Positions 1 through 8,789 of a DNA stretch of 36,829 bases are shown here, piece by piece. The notes under the pieces are model-generated. The model was not told where the DNA came from. It ran no database searches and saw nothing but the letters and a program-made list of their open reading frames with translations. Position 1 is the stretch's first letter, and each line of letters opens with the position of its first letter. This stretch comes from Pirellulales bacterium (GTDB taxonomy: Bacteria > Planctomycetota > Planctomycetia > Pirellulales > UBA1268), in contig JBILVW010000002.1 of assembly GCA_044370205.1 (NCBI GenBank), positions 1 to 36,829 of the forward strand, written 5' to 3'. A program made the translations under genes and the position numbers.

Positions 1-107
1 AGCCACCGCACCGAGAGGTCGGCAGGCGCGTTCTTCACCGCCTGCGATGCTGCGTCGATGGCGGCCGCGAGATGCCCGGCCCGATAGAGTTCACCGGCGG
101 TGGCCAT
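1..107 (-). CDS. tagJ: T6SS accessory protein TagJ/ImpE, first 35 codons only (gene runs off the left edge)
   Basis: The reverse complement of 1-107 starts with ATG (105-107) and reads MATAGELYRAGHLAAAIDAASQAVKNAPADLSVRW. This fits the N-terminal pattern I recall for ImpE/TagJ proteins (..eLlraGrL..Ai..l...vk..Pad...R). It lies 85 nt downstream of the tssC paralog, and GGAG sits about 10 nt upstream. The fragment is too short to appear in the ORF track. Confidence 0.5.
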   Translation of the reverse strand, partial: MATAGELYRAGHLAAAIDAASQAVKNAPADLSVRW

Positions 108-192
108 GCTCCCGTGCTCCGTTGTGGGGGGTCTCTCCTCTCCGCGAGGAACGGGCGATTATGGCCGGTGCCAGTGGCCGGCGAAAGGGCCG

Positions 193-1833
193 CTATTTTT
201 TTCGGACGGTCGTCGTCAGCCGCACGGCCGCCGCCAGTTCGTCCAGCTGGAAGTGCGGCTGCAGGTGCATCAGTACGCGGTAGCCGCCGGCACTACCGGG
301 CTCGTCGCGAACCTCCACCTGCGCGGCCCGCAGCGGCAGCCGGGCCCGCGTTTCCGCCGACGCCCTGTCGTCGGGCGTGACGTAGTCGTGAATCCACTCG
401 TTGAGCGCGTGCTCGAGTTCGTCGGCCGTCGCCACCGACCCCACCTTGTCGCGGGCCATCACCTTGAGATAGTGGGCGAACCGCGACACGCAGAGCATGT
501 ATTGCAGCATGGCCGAAATCCGCGCGTTCGCCGTCGCCTCCGCCCGGTCGTAACGACGGGCGGCGTGCAGTGACTGGTTGGAATGGAAGACCGCGCGGCC
601 ATCGGCCCCCGCCGCCGCCAGCGGAATGAAACCGGCCGCAGCGAGCCGGCGCTCCGTCGCCTCCGTGACCAGCGTCTCGGTCGGGCCGCGACGAAAGGCG
701 AACGGTTCGCTGGCACCGAACGCCTCGATCGGCAGCCCGGCGACGAGCCCACCGCCGGCCGAGCCTCGCGATCCGCCCCGGATGTCGGAGAACCAGCCCG
801 ACCTGCCGAACTCGGCGACCACCACACCGGCAAATGCCCAGGCGGCGCTCGTCCAGAGCCGACGACCGCCGTCCGGCCCATCAGCCTCTTCGCGATAGCG
901 GAATCCCCGCCTGGCCCACGTGCGTTCCGGCTCGCCGGCCGCATCGACGGCGCCGACCCAGCCGTCATACGGCAGCCGCGCCAGCACGCGCGGCAGGGCG
1001 AGCCCCACGAACCGCGATTCCTCCCGGCCCCGGAGCGACCGCCATTTCGTGTACTCGACGCCGGCGTGCAGCGAGTCGAGTGCCGGCGCCTCCTCGAGAT
1101 CGTGAAGCGAATCGATGCCGAGCAGATCGGGCTGCGGAGCGGCGATGAGCGGCGCGAAGCTGGCGGCCGCGATCTCGGCCAGACCAGCGAGCAGATCGAT
1201 GTCGTCGGGATGCTTGCCAAACGCGTAGTCGGCCACGAGCAGCCCGTACGGCATGCCGCCCGCGGTGCCGAACTCGTCCTCGTAGACCTTTCGCCAGACC
1301 GCAGTCCGGTCGAACTCGACCGCCCCGGCGAGGTCGCGAGCCAGATCCCGCTTGCTCGCCGAGAGAATCCGCACCTGCACCCGAGACTGGCCATCGCCGG
1401 CTGCCTCGGCGCTCGCCGCCTCGTCGGCCCGGTTCACAAGCCAGGCGAGCGACCGCCAGGATGCCTCGAGTTGCTGGAACCGCGGGTGATGGAGGATGGC
1501 GTCGAGCTGCCGCCCGATCGCGGCGTCGAGGCTGGCGATATCCACACCCAGCCGCTCCGCGAGTGAGCCACGGGTGATTCGCTCCCCTGCAGCCACCCGC
1601 GCCGATGCCCAGGCCGCAAGGGCCTCCGCAGGCCCACGGGCCGCAAGCAGCCGATCGGCCGATCGGCTGCCGCCCGCTGCCGCTCCCACGCTGGTTCCCA
1701 GCGCCCACTCGACCGCCGACACAGCCTCGGGCCCCGCCGGCCGCGAAGCCGGAAGGATGGATACGGTCTCGGCCGACCGGCTCCCTGCCGACGACGATAC
1801 CGCGACGAATTCCGGCTGGTCCGGCGGACACAT
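193..1833 (-). CDS. tssC: Second, divergent T6SS sheath large-subunit paralog (TssC/VipB family), 546 aa
   Basis: Collinear with the neighbouring canonical TssC. Shared blocks (this protein vs neighbour):
- LDAILHHPRFQQLEASWRSL vs [20 protein letters not shown]
- SKRDLARDLAGAVEFDRT vs [18 protein letters not shown]
- YEDEFGTAGGMPYGLLVADYAF vs [22 protein letters not shown]
- HPDDIDLL, RFVGLALPRVLARLPY, RYDRAEATANARISAMLQYML
The ATG at 1833 has GAAGG 5 nt upstream. The gene starts 37 nt after the tssC stop. Confidence 0.85.
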   Translation of the reverse strand: MCPPDQPEFVAVSSSAGSRSAETVSILPASRPAGPEAVSAVEWALGTSVGAAAGGSRSADRLLAARGPAEALAAWASARVAAGERITRGSLAERLGVDIASLDAAIGRQLDAILHHPRFQQLEASWRSLAWLVNRADEAASAEAAGDGQSRVQVRILSASKRDLARDLAGAVEFDRTAVWRKVYEDEFGTAGGMPYGLLVADYAFGKHPDDIDLLAGLAEIAAASFAPLIAAPQPDLLGIDSLHDLEEAPALDSLHAGVEYTKWRSLRGREESRFVGLALPRVLARLPYDGWVGAVDAAGEPERTWARRGFRYREEADGPDGGRRLWTSAAWAFAGVVVAEFGRSGWFSDIRGGSRGSAGGGLVAGLPIEAFGASEPFAFRRGPTETLVTEATERRLAAAGFIPLAAAGADGRAVFHSNQSLHAARRYDRAEATANARISAMLQYMLCVSRFAHYLKVMARDKVGSVATADELEHALNEWIHDYVTPDDRASAETRARLPLRAAQVEVRDEPGSAGGYRVLMHLQPHFQLDELAAAVRLTTTVRKK

Positions 1834-1870
1834 CGGCCTTCAGCCCCTCGTCAACGGCCGGTGCCGGGCG

Positions 1871-3373
1871 TCACTTCTTCGCAGATGCCGGAATCTTGGC
1901 CACCATCCGCAGCGAGGTGGTGAGTTCCTCGAGCTGCAGCCACGGCCGCAGATACGCGACGGCGTTGTAGCTGCCCGGCGCCCCGGGCACCTCCTCCACC
2001 TTGATCTCCGCCTCGGCCAGCGGGTAACGGGCCTTGATGTCGGCCGACGGCTTCGGATCGGCCGACACGTAGTTGGCGATCCACCGCTTCAGCCAATCCT
2101 CGCAGTCCTGCCGCTCCATGAACGATCCGATCTTGTCGCGGGCGATGCACTTCAGATAGTGGGCGATCCGCGAGGAGGCCATGATGTACGGCAGCCGGGC
2201 CGAGATCGCGGCGTTGGCCGTCGCCTCGGGGCGGTCGTACTTTTTGGCCTTCTGCGCCGTCTGGGCGCCGAAGAACACGGCGTAGTCGGTGTTCTTGTAG
2301 TGGCACAGTGGCAGGAAGCCGAGCTTCGAGAGCTCCGCCTCGCGCCGGTCGGTGATCGCGATCTCCGTGGGGCACTTCAGATCGGTGTCGCCGTCGTCGT
2401 CGGTGAAGATGTGGGCCGGCAGGCCCTCCACCTTGCCACCGTTCTCGGCGCCGCGGATCGCCGTGCACCAGCCCGTCTGGGCGAAGGCGTTGGTGAGCCG
2501 CGTACCCATCACGTAGGCCGTGTTCATCCAGCAGTAGTTGGAGTGGTCGACCTTCTTGGAGTTGCCCTTCGCGTCGAGCTCGACCTCCTCGTAATTGAAC
2601 TCCTCCACCGGCTTGGTCTGGCTGCCGTAGGGGAGCCGGGCCAGCGTCCGCGGCATCGTGAGCACCGCGAACCGGCTGTCGTCGGACTCGCGGAAGCTCC
2701 GCCACTTCGCATAGCTGACGTCGAGGAAGATCTTCTCGAGGTCGCGCGGCTTCGAAAGCTCCTCGAAGCTCTCCATTCCCAAAAGCTCAGCCCCGGCGGC
2801 CGTGACGAATGGGCAGAAGCCGGCCGCCGAAATCTGCGACATCTTCGACAGCAGGTCGATGTCTTCGGGATGGTTGGTGAACTCGTAGTCGCCGATCAGG
2901 GCCGCATAGGGTTCGCCACCCGGCGACCCGAACTCCGCCTCGTAGATCTTCTTGAAGGCCTGGCTCTGGTCGAACTCGACCGCCTTGTCGAGATCCTTGA
3001 ACAGCTCCCGCTTGGACACGTTGAACGCCCGGATCTTGAGCTGGGCGCCCGTCTCGGAGTTCATCACGAGGTGATGCAGGCCCCGCCACGACCCCTCCAG
3101 CTTCTGGAACGAGTCGTGGTGCATGATCGCCGCGAGCTGCTTCGACATCGCGGCATCGATTGCCGCCATGGCCCGGTTGATCGTCTTCGTCACGTTGCGG
3201 TCGAACTGCACCGTACCTTGCAGCGACTGCTCGACGAGAGCGCGGATCAGTTCGTCGCGCCGCGGCTTCTCGACGGCCCGGGGCATCATGCTCGTGATCT
3301 GGTCGAGCAGGCTCGCGCCGGCATCGGTCGTGGTCGTCGCCGCGGCGGATGCGGCCTTCTTTTCAGCGGTCAT
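1871..3373 (-). CDS. tssC: T6SS contractile sheath large subunit TssC (VipB/EvpB family), 500 aa
   Basis: Full-length ORF with classic TssC blocks: [107 protein letters not shown]. It lies directly downstream of tssB. Confidence 0.95.
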   Translation of the reverse strand: MTAEKKAASAAATTTTDAGASLLDQITSMMPRAVEKPRRDELIRALVEQSLQGTVQFDRNVTKTINRAMAAIDAAMSKQLAAIMHHDSFQKLEGSWRGLHHLVMNSETGAQLKIRAFNVSKRELFKDLDKAVEFDQSQAFKKIYEAEFGSPGGEPYAALIGDYEFTNHPEDIDLLSKMSQISAAGFCPFVTAAGAELLGMESFEELSKPRDLEKIFLDVSYAKWRSFRESDDSRFAVLTMPRTLARLPYGSQTKPVEEFNYEEVELDAKGNSKKVDHSNYCWMNTAYVMGTRLTNAFAQTGWCTAIRGAENGGKVEGLPAHIFTDDDGDTDLKCPTEIAITDRREAELSKLGFLPLCHYKNTDYAVFFGAQTAQKAKKYDRPEATANAAISARLPYIMASSRIAHYLKCIARDKIGSFMERQDCEDWLKRWIANYVSADPKPSADIKARYPLAEAEIKVEEVPGAPGSYNAVAYLRPWLQLEELTTSLRMVAKIPASAKK

Positions 3374-3415
3374 GCTGGAGTCCCTTCATATGGACGGAGA
3401 GGAATGTGACGCGGA

Positions 3416-3928
3416 TCACTCGGCGCCGGAATCGGAGAGGCCCATCTCGCCGGCCAGCTTCGCAAGCTGGTCGGTATCCTGCAGGATCTTCTCGAGTTCG
3501 CCTTCGAGCCCGTCGGCCCGATCCACCGCCGACAACAGGTCACGGAGGCGGTTTCGCGTCTCGAGCAGTTTCCGCAACGGCTCCACCTGCTCGACCACGC
3601 GGGACGGCTCGAAGTCTTCCATCGAGGAGAATTTCAGCTTGACCGCCATCTCGCTGCCGTCGCCCGCCAGCGTGTTCTCGGCTCGGAACTCCAGCCCCGG
3701 CGTCATCCGCCGCAACACTTCGTCGAAGTTGTCTCGGTCGATGTTGATGAACTTGCGATCCTTGATCGGCTTGAGCGGCTCCGTCGGATTCCCGGAGAAG
3801 TCGCCCATCACGCCGACGACAAACGGCAGTTCCTTGACGACGGTCGCTCCTTCGGTCTCGACATCGTAGGTGATGTGCACCCGCGGCTTCCGCACGCGGT
3901 TGAGCTTTCCATGAACGGATTCGGGCAT
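3416..3928 (-). CDS. tssB: T6SS contractile sheath small subunit TssB (VipA), 170 aa
   Basis: [46 protein letters not shown]... is the typical TssB N-terminus. I trimmed the track ORF (3416..4009) to the ATG at 3926-3928, which has AAGGGG about 8 nt upstream. Confidence 0.93.
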   Translation of the reverse strand: MPESVHGKLNRVRKPRVHITYDVETEGATVVKELPFVVGVMGDFSGNPTEPLKPIKDRKFINIDRDNFDEVLRRMTPGLEFRAENTLAGDGSEMAVKLKFSSMEDFEPSRVVEQVEPLRKLLETRNRLRDLLSAVDRADGLEGELEKILQDTDQLAKLAGEMGLSDSGAE

Positions 3929-4068
3929 GCTGACGACCCCTTGCGGATGAAAGGACTTGGCGAATGGAAGGCGCCGAGGGCCGACTGGAGGTCGAATACC
4001 CCGATGCACGAGCGGTCACGACACGATGCCTGTGTTCTCCGACCGCGACCGCCGCCGAAGCACGCGGA

Positions 4069-5220
4069 TCAGCCGTCGAACGTCAACCCTGCCATCCGTG
4101 AAAGCGATTGCAGCCCCGACTCTTCCTGGATGAGTTCCCGGTAATAGTCGGCTCGCGGCAGCCGCGCCATCCGAACGACGTTCCTCACTTGAGCCGCTAG
4201 CAGGCTGTGGGGATCGTGACGCTCGAAATAGTCGGCCACGGACTCCAGGGTTCGGAGAACATCATTACGGGATGCCTCCCCCGACACAAGTACCCCCGAC
4301 AGAGGGGATGCGATGGGGGGTCCGCCTGCCGATACCGGCTCCGCCTGAGCCGCGTTCGTCGCCGGGGATTCGGCGGCCAATTCCACCACCGCCGCGGGGG
4401 CGAACGTCCGGAGGGCGTTTTCGCACTCTTCGAACAAATCCCGGAGCGGCAGCGTCGGCAGGATCGCCCGGTCCGCCGAGGCGGTCGCGACTGCATCCGC
4501 AAGCGCCTGCCACGCCCCCTGCGCTGCCTGGATGCCCAGGAATACGTCCTGGAGAAATGCGCGGTCAGTCGTGGCGACACCGGCTTCGAACTGCTGCGGC
4601 GAAGTGCCCCCTCGCTGGAGCGCGGTCTGCAGGCGATCGGGATCGTCCACGCCCCGCAATTCGGTGCTGCTCCGCCAGTGGCACAGCCCGAACCGTTCCC
4701 CGTCACGGCCATCCACCAGCGGCACGTGCAGGATCGCGGGCACGAGCAGCCCCTCCGAGTCTTCTCCCGCCAGTCTCACGAGCGGCAGGGCCCGCTCCAT
4801 GGCGATCGCCCGTTCGTCGGCCGGCCCATCTTCCGGATCGGGAATGGGAAACAGTTCTGACCAGTGGCTCTCGACCATGGCCCGCGCCGCGTCACAGCCT
4901 GCCGCGAGGCCATGAAATCCGCTCGTCCGAGCCAAGGCCTCGATGAACGCCGCGGCCGCACCGAGGTCGTGTGACTGGGTCGTCAGCACGGTCACGCACG
5001 TATCCGCCACCTTCGACCAGACCGGCTCCGCGGCCCAGCGATCTTGGGACGGATCCTTATCGGCATCGCGCTCGATGCGCCGCGCCTCGTCCCGGAGTTC
5101 CCGAATGGAGCCCCACGCCGCGCGGCCCGAATCGTCGACGCGGAGATTCACGCCTGCTGGAGCCGCCTCCGATAGCGGCTGCCGGAGGGCTTCGAGGTCA
5201 ACTGCTTGAACCGCAGGCAT
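4069..5220 (-). CDS. tssA: T6SS protein TssA (ImpA N-terminal domain family), 383 aa
   Basis: The N-terminus LRQPLSEAAPAGVNLRVDDSGRAAWGSIRELRDEARRIER fits the ImpA_N pattern (L..PiS...P.G.dLRyd..f..i.e.r). It sits immediately upstream of tssB-tssC. Confidence 0.8.
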   Translation of the reverse strand: MPAVQAVDLEALRQPLSEAAPAGVNLRVDDSGRAAWGSIRELRDEARRIERDADKDPSQDRWAAEPVWSKVADTCVTVLTTQSHDLGAAAAFIEALARTSGFHGLAAGCDAARAMVESHWSELFPIPDPEDGPADERAIAMERALPLVRLAGEDSEGLLVPAILHVPLVDGRDGERFGLCHWRSSTELRGVDDPDRLQTALQRGGTSPQQFEAGVATTDRAFLQDVFLGIQAAQGAWQALADAVATASADRAILPTLPLRDLFEECENALRTFAPAAVVELAAESPATNAAQAEPVSAGGPPIASPLSGVLVSGEASRNDVLRTLESVADYFERHDPHSLLAAQVRNVVRMARLPRADYYRELIQEESGLQSLSRMAGLTFDG

Positions 5221-5272
5221 GACTGATCACATCCTCGGGACAGCCGAACGATACACCCTTCTCAGGTGGGAA

Positions 5273-5301
5273 AGTCTGCCACCGAAAAGGGACGCCGTCA
5301 A
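5273..5301 (-). promoter_or_regulatory. Candidate sigma-70-like promoter for the tssA-tssB-tssC operon
   Basis: The minus strand reads TTGACG (5301-5296), a 17-nt spacer, then CAGACT (5278-5273). This lies in the 127-bp gap between the sigma-factor stop and the tssA ATG. The -10 element is weak. Confidence 0.2.
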
Positions 5302-5347
5302 AACGAACGTCTCTGCACAAGGCGTCTCGATCCGTACGGCTTCGGGG

Positions 5348-6058
5348 TCAGTCGTGCAGGTCGGCAGCCTGGAGGGCTAAGGCCAGTTGGCCCAACGCCC
5401 GCGAATGGAGCCGGCTGGCCCAGGCCTTGCTGATGCCGACCTCGGCCGCCGCCTCGGTGAGCGTCCGCCCCTCGAAATACGTGATCCGCACCAGCGCCGA
5501 CATGTCCGCTGGCAGGGCCGCCACGAGTTCCCTGAGTCGCACCGCCATCTCCCGCCGCATCACGATCGTATCGGGGGATTCGAGGCCGGCATCGGCGACC
5601 TCGGCCTCCGCCCCCCCTTCGCTCCACGACCCCAGGCAGGCCACCGCCAGCGCGCTCGACACGCCCTTGAGCCACGCCCCCTGCCGGTCGATCTCGGTTG
5701 CCGCATCGCCCACGGGCCCGGCGGAGGCATCGGCATCGGCCAACGCCTCGTGGGCCATCCGCTGATAACGGCCCGCCTCGAAGTCGCCCCGATTGAACCA
5801 TCGCATCCGCGACAGACCATCGAGAATCGCGCCCCGCACGCGGTACCAGGCATAGGTGCTGAACTGCCCGCCACGACCGCTATCGAAGTCGCGGGCGGCC
5901 TCGGCAAGTCCAACTTGGCCGTACGACACGAGATCTTCGAGATCCACGTGCGCCGGCAGCCGCTGGTGGATTTTCCAGGCGATCGACCGCACCAGGCCTT
6001 GGCACGACGTGATCAGTTGCTGCCGCTCGGCGGACGCAGGCTGCCCTGAGAGGCTCAT
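5348..6058 (-). CDS. Sigma-70 family sigma factor, group 3 (FliA/WhiG sigma-28-like), 236 aa
   Basis: Region 2 reads DLVSYGQVGLAEAARDFDSGRGGQFSTYAWYRVRGAILDGLSRM, matching the FliA-type pattern ..G.iGL..A...fd...g..F.tYA..rIrGa.lD.lR. Region 4 HTH reads LVRITYFEGRTLTEAAAEVGISKAWASRLHSRALGQL. I chose the ATG at 6056-6058 because it forms an ATGA overlap with the stop of the upstream ORF. The longer track ORF (to 6334) is Arg/Ala-rich shadow. Confidence 0.85.
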   Translation of the reverse strand: MSLSGQPASAERQQLITSCQGLVRSIAWKIHQRLPAHVDLEDLVSYGQVGLAEAARDFDSGRGGQFSTYAWYRVRGAILDGLSRMRWFNRGDFEAGRYQRMAHEALADADASAGPVGDAATEIDRQGAWLKGVSSALAVACLGSWSEGGAEAEVADAGLESPDTIVMRREMAVRLRELVAALPADMSALVRITYFEGRTLTEAAAEVGISKAWASRLHSRALGQLALALQAADLHD

Positions 6059-6495
6059 GGCGACCCCCCCGGGGATCGGGCTTGTGCGACAAGCGCTTCG
6101 AACAGCGACTGCAACCGCAGTGCCGACTGCGGGTCGTCGAGCAGTGACTGGGCGATCCGCTCGACGAGTCGGCGCTGTGCCGCCGGCCCATCGGCGAGCG
6201 CCGCGAGCGCCCGCGGCAGCACGGCAGCCACGAGATCGGCCGCGGTCGCGAGATCGAGCGCCGCAGGCACCCCGCGCACGCGCACCACCGCGAGCAGCCG
6301 CCCGCGATCCTCCTCCGTCAGTACGGCGTGCCACGGCGTGCCGTCGTCCGCCGACGCAAAGGCATCGACCGTCTCGGCCAGGATGCGGGGCAACGCGGCG
6401 GAATCCGCCGCTCCGCCGGCTCTGCCGCCGATGGACTGTGTTTTTCGCGGATCCGGCCCTCGCGCCCCGCCCTGCGAACCGGTTGATGTCGACAT
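6055..6495 (-). CDS. Hypothetical small protein (146 aa), translationally coupled to the sigma factor. No TM helix and no motif I recognise.
   Basis: The ATG at 6493-6495 is preceded by AGGAG with a 5-nt spacer. The track start at 6513 has no SD. The stop TGA (6057-6055) overlaps the sigma-factor ATG (6058-6056). The protein has a Gly/Ala-rich N-terminal part followed by a predicted helical part (LLAVVRVRG...LVERIAQSLLDDPQSALRLQSLFEAL). Confidence 0.55.
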   Translation of the reverse strand: MSTSTGSQGGARGPDPRKTQSIGGRAGGAADSAALPRILAETVDAFASADDGTPWHAVLTEEDRGRLLAVVRVRGVPAALDLATAADLVAAVLPRALAALADGPAAQRRLVERIAQSLLDDPQSALRLQSLFEALVAQARSPGGSP

Positions 6496-6531
6496 TGTCA
6501 CTCCTTCGGGCATCAGCGGCCCGTCATCCCC

Positions 6532-8112
6532 TCAGCCGCGGATCATCCGCCACACCAATGCCGCCGCCAGCCCCGCCAGAACGACGCCGCTCACGATCCA
6601 TAACGCCCGCGCCGCCCGCCCCAAGGCCCGATCGGCGGCCTCGGCCTGCTCCGTCCATTCGATGTCGCCCTGTGCGTCGAGCACCTTCTCGAATACACCG
6701 CGAACAAATCCCCTGCGGTCTGCCGCCGCGCCGCACGCCGCGAGGTAGCAGCCTGACAACAGCGGCAGCACGTCGGTCGATTCCCCATCCACCGCCGTGA
6801 AGGCTCGCCGCAGGAGCACCGTGAGCCGCCCCGCCCACTCGGACCGCAGTCTTGCGACGAGGCCCACGAGATCACGATTGCCCGACTCGTCCAGCACGGC
6901 CTTCGCCCGGAGGAGCCGGCCGAGAATCAGATCCTCGACCATGCCGCAGGCGCGGCTGGCGACGGTGCCGAGCTGGTCGTAGCTCGGCGCGGCGCCGATG
7001 GGAAACCGCTGGCCGAGGCGCGACTGCCGCTCACTCGCGGGCATTCGCCGAATCAGCTCCGCGAAGCCCTTGTCTTCCTCCATGCCGGCCACGAGCACCG
7101 TGACCGGCGCCCGCAGGCCCATCCCCTGGCGGATGCCGGCGAGATCGTCACCGAGCGCGCGGCCGAGCGCCTGGGCATTGCCCCCGTCGGCCCGCAGCAG
7201 CGGCGCAGGCACCAACGCGAGCACTCCGTTGAGCGGAGCGAGTCCACCCCGCTCCCGCCGCACCAGCTCGCAGACGTATTTCAGGCGTTGGGACATGCCC
7301 TCCCGCTCGGCGGGCGAAAGCACCGGTGCTCGAACGGCCGCGACCACGGCGCCTGCCGCGGCCTCGGGTGCGATGGCGTCGATCTGGATCGTGGCGTTGA
7401 CGTCGTAGCCGCCAGCGGAAGCGGCCGGCGCTGCCGGCGCCGCGACGGCGGCCCGCGGCTCCGGATCGGTTTCGGCCGGCAGGGCGACGGCCACCGTGCC
7501 CCGGACATCGTCGGCGGCCACCACCGCCTGCGGCTGAGGGACGGCCGCCCGCGCGGTGCCGCGGGCACCTCCACGGCGCGCGACATCGCTCGACTGACAC
7601 GCCGTGGCGAGGCAGATGAATACCGCCTCCGGACCGCCGTAGACGTGGAGCGCCGCGGCTCCTGCCGGGGAGGCCTGCACGGGCAGTTCCACCGGCGGAT
7701 CCGCGAACAGCTGCTCTTCCTGTTCGTCGGAGGCCGATCCGACAACGAGAAACAGCGGTACATCCGCCAGCACGATGCCCTGGCGACGCAGTTCCGCCAG
7801 CGCCGCATTCCAGGCGGCAAGAATGTCTGGCCAGCGGCTTGCATCCCGCTCGAGCCAGAGCCGCGCCGCCTGATGGACGAGCGCCGGCGTCAAGAGCAGG
7901 AGCACCGCCAGCATGGCCAGCTTCCCCGGCCGCCACCAGGCCTGAAACACCTGCCGCTCACCTCCTACGAGCAACACACCGATCGCCAACAGCACCACGA
8001 CGACTTGAAACAAGCCGACCAGCGCCGCGATCCGAGCCGCGAGCGACAACGAGGCCACGGTTTGCGGCACCTGGTTGACGAACCGCAGGGGAGCCATCAG
8101 CCACTGCATCAC
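6532..8112 (-). CDS. tssM: TssM/IcmF-like T6SS membrane protein, N-terminal (TM1-TM2, cytoplasmic domain, TM3) part only, 526 aa
   Basis: - Two N-terminal hydrophobic helices (LAARIAALVGLFQVVVVLLAIGVLLVGG and LAMLAVLLLLTPALV).
- A cytoplasmic region with TssM-like blocks: VPLFLVVGSASDEQE at the Walker-A position, APLNGVLALVPAPLL, and APVTVLVAGMEEDKGFAELIRRM (compare vYvlvTK.D.l.GF.eFf).
- A final helix ALWIVSGVVLAGLAAALVW, then a stop 6 residues later.
It follows tssL, as in canonical clusters. The start is GTG 8112 or ATG 8109. Confidence 0.72.
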   Translation of the reverse strand: MMQWLMAPLRFVNQVPQTVASLSLAARIAALVGLFQVVVVLLAIGVLLVGGERQVFQAWWRPGKLAMLAVLLLLTPALVHQAARLWLERDASRWPDILAAWNAALAELRRQGIVLADVPLFLVVGSASDEQEEQLFADPPVELPVQASPAGAAALHVYGGPEAVFICLATACQSSDVARRGGARGTARAAVPQPQAVVAADDVRGTVAVALPAETDPEPRAAVAAPAAPAASAGGYDVNATIQIDAIAPEAAAGAVVAAVRAPVLSPAEREGMSQRLKYVCELVRRERGGLAPLNGVLALVPAPLLRADGGNAQALGRALGDDLAGIRQGMGLRAPVTVLVAGMEEDKGFAELIRRMPASERQSRLGQRFPIGAAPSYDQLGTVASRACGMVEDLILGRLLRAKAVLDESGNRDLVGLVARLRSEWAGRLTVLLRRAFTAVDGESTDVLPLLSGCYLAACGAAADRRGFVRGVFEKVLDAQGDIEWTEQAEAADRALGRAARALWIVSGVVLAGLAAALVWRMIRG

Positions 8113-8151
8113 GTTTCACCTCGCTCGCGAGTCATTCCCTGCCGGCCGCCA

Positions 8152-8766
8152 TCACAACACCGCCAGCCCCCACGCCGCCACCACGATACAGGCGGCCGCG
8201 AAGGCGGCCGCCAGGCTGGCCCACACGAGGCTCAAGCGGCCGCTCAGCGGCGGGGCGCCCGAGAGGTCAACCGCGGCATCGGGAAGCGGCGGACGCCCCT
8301 GCCCCACCTTCACGAGCTGCTCCTGCCGCCGCAGCCACAACTCGAGCGGCTGCGGCTGATCACGAAACATCCCGCGGAAGCCGAGGACGACGGCCGTCAT
8401 GAAGGCCTCCAGGGCATCGCGGCTGGCGAGACCAGCCGCCTGCTCAGCCCGGTCGAAGAATGCGGTGGCTCGTTCGCGGGAGCGAAACAGATCGACCTCA
8501 AGCGCATGGTTCTCCCACCATGACTGCCCGTGCCAGGGCAGCTCGACGATCAGCAGTTCGTCAACGAGCGCGGCGAGTGCATACGAGGCGAGCTCCCAGT
8601 CGCGGCTTCGCGCACCGCTCACCCGGGCCGCCGCCCGATCGAACACGCCGCGGATCCGTGCCCGCTCCTGCTCCGGATCGCCGGCCGTGCCGGCCGCGAC
8701 GCGCTCGACGAGATCGATCACCTCCAGGAGCGCCGGATCGAAGGCTGCCGCAAAATCCGGAGACAT
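8152..8766 (-). CDS. tssL: T6SS membrane protein TssL (DotU family), 204 aa, with a C-terminal TM anchor and no peptidoglycan-binding extension
   Basis: DotU-like core: WELASYALAALVDELLIVELPW...WWENHALEVDLFRSRERATAFFDRAEQ...DALEAFMTAVVLGFRGMF. The C-terminal helix is LVWASLAAAFAAACIVVAAWGLAVL. I trimmed the track ORF (to 9408, which overlaps tssK) to the ATG at 8764-8766. Confidence 0.85.
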   Translation of the reverse strand: MSPDFAAAFDPALLEVIDLVERVAAGTAGDPEQERARIRGVFDRAAARVSGARSRDWELASYALAALVDELLIVELPWHGQSWWENHALEVDLFRSRERATAFFDRAEQAAGLASRDALEAFMTAVVLGFRGMFRDQPQPLELWLRRQEQLVKVGQGRPPLPDAAVDLSGAPPLSGRLSLVWASLAAAFAAACIVVAAWGLAVL

Positions 8767-8789
8767 GGAGACGGGGATTCCTGGAGGCG

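Noticed and set aside
1496-3409. 637-aa plus-strand ORF, together with 459..1394, 583..1566 and 965..1831, overlapping the two tssC genes
   Set aside because: They lie antisense to or out of frame with genes that have unmistakable TssC homology. Their translations are Arg/Ala/Pro/Gly-rich low-complexity text, typical of shadow ORFs in GC-rich DNA.
6055-6495. Small ORF upstream of the sigma factor, considered as Hcp, an FHA-domain protein or TagF
   Set aside because: None of the characteristic motifs or lengths fit. I left it as hypothetical. The anti-sigma idea is recorded only as a hypothesis in the findings.
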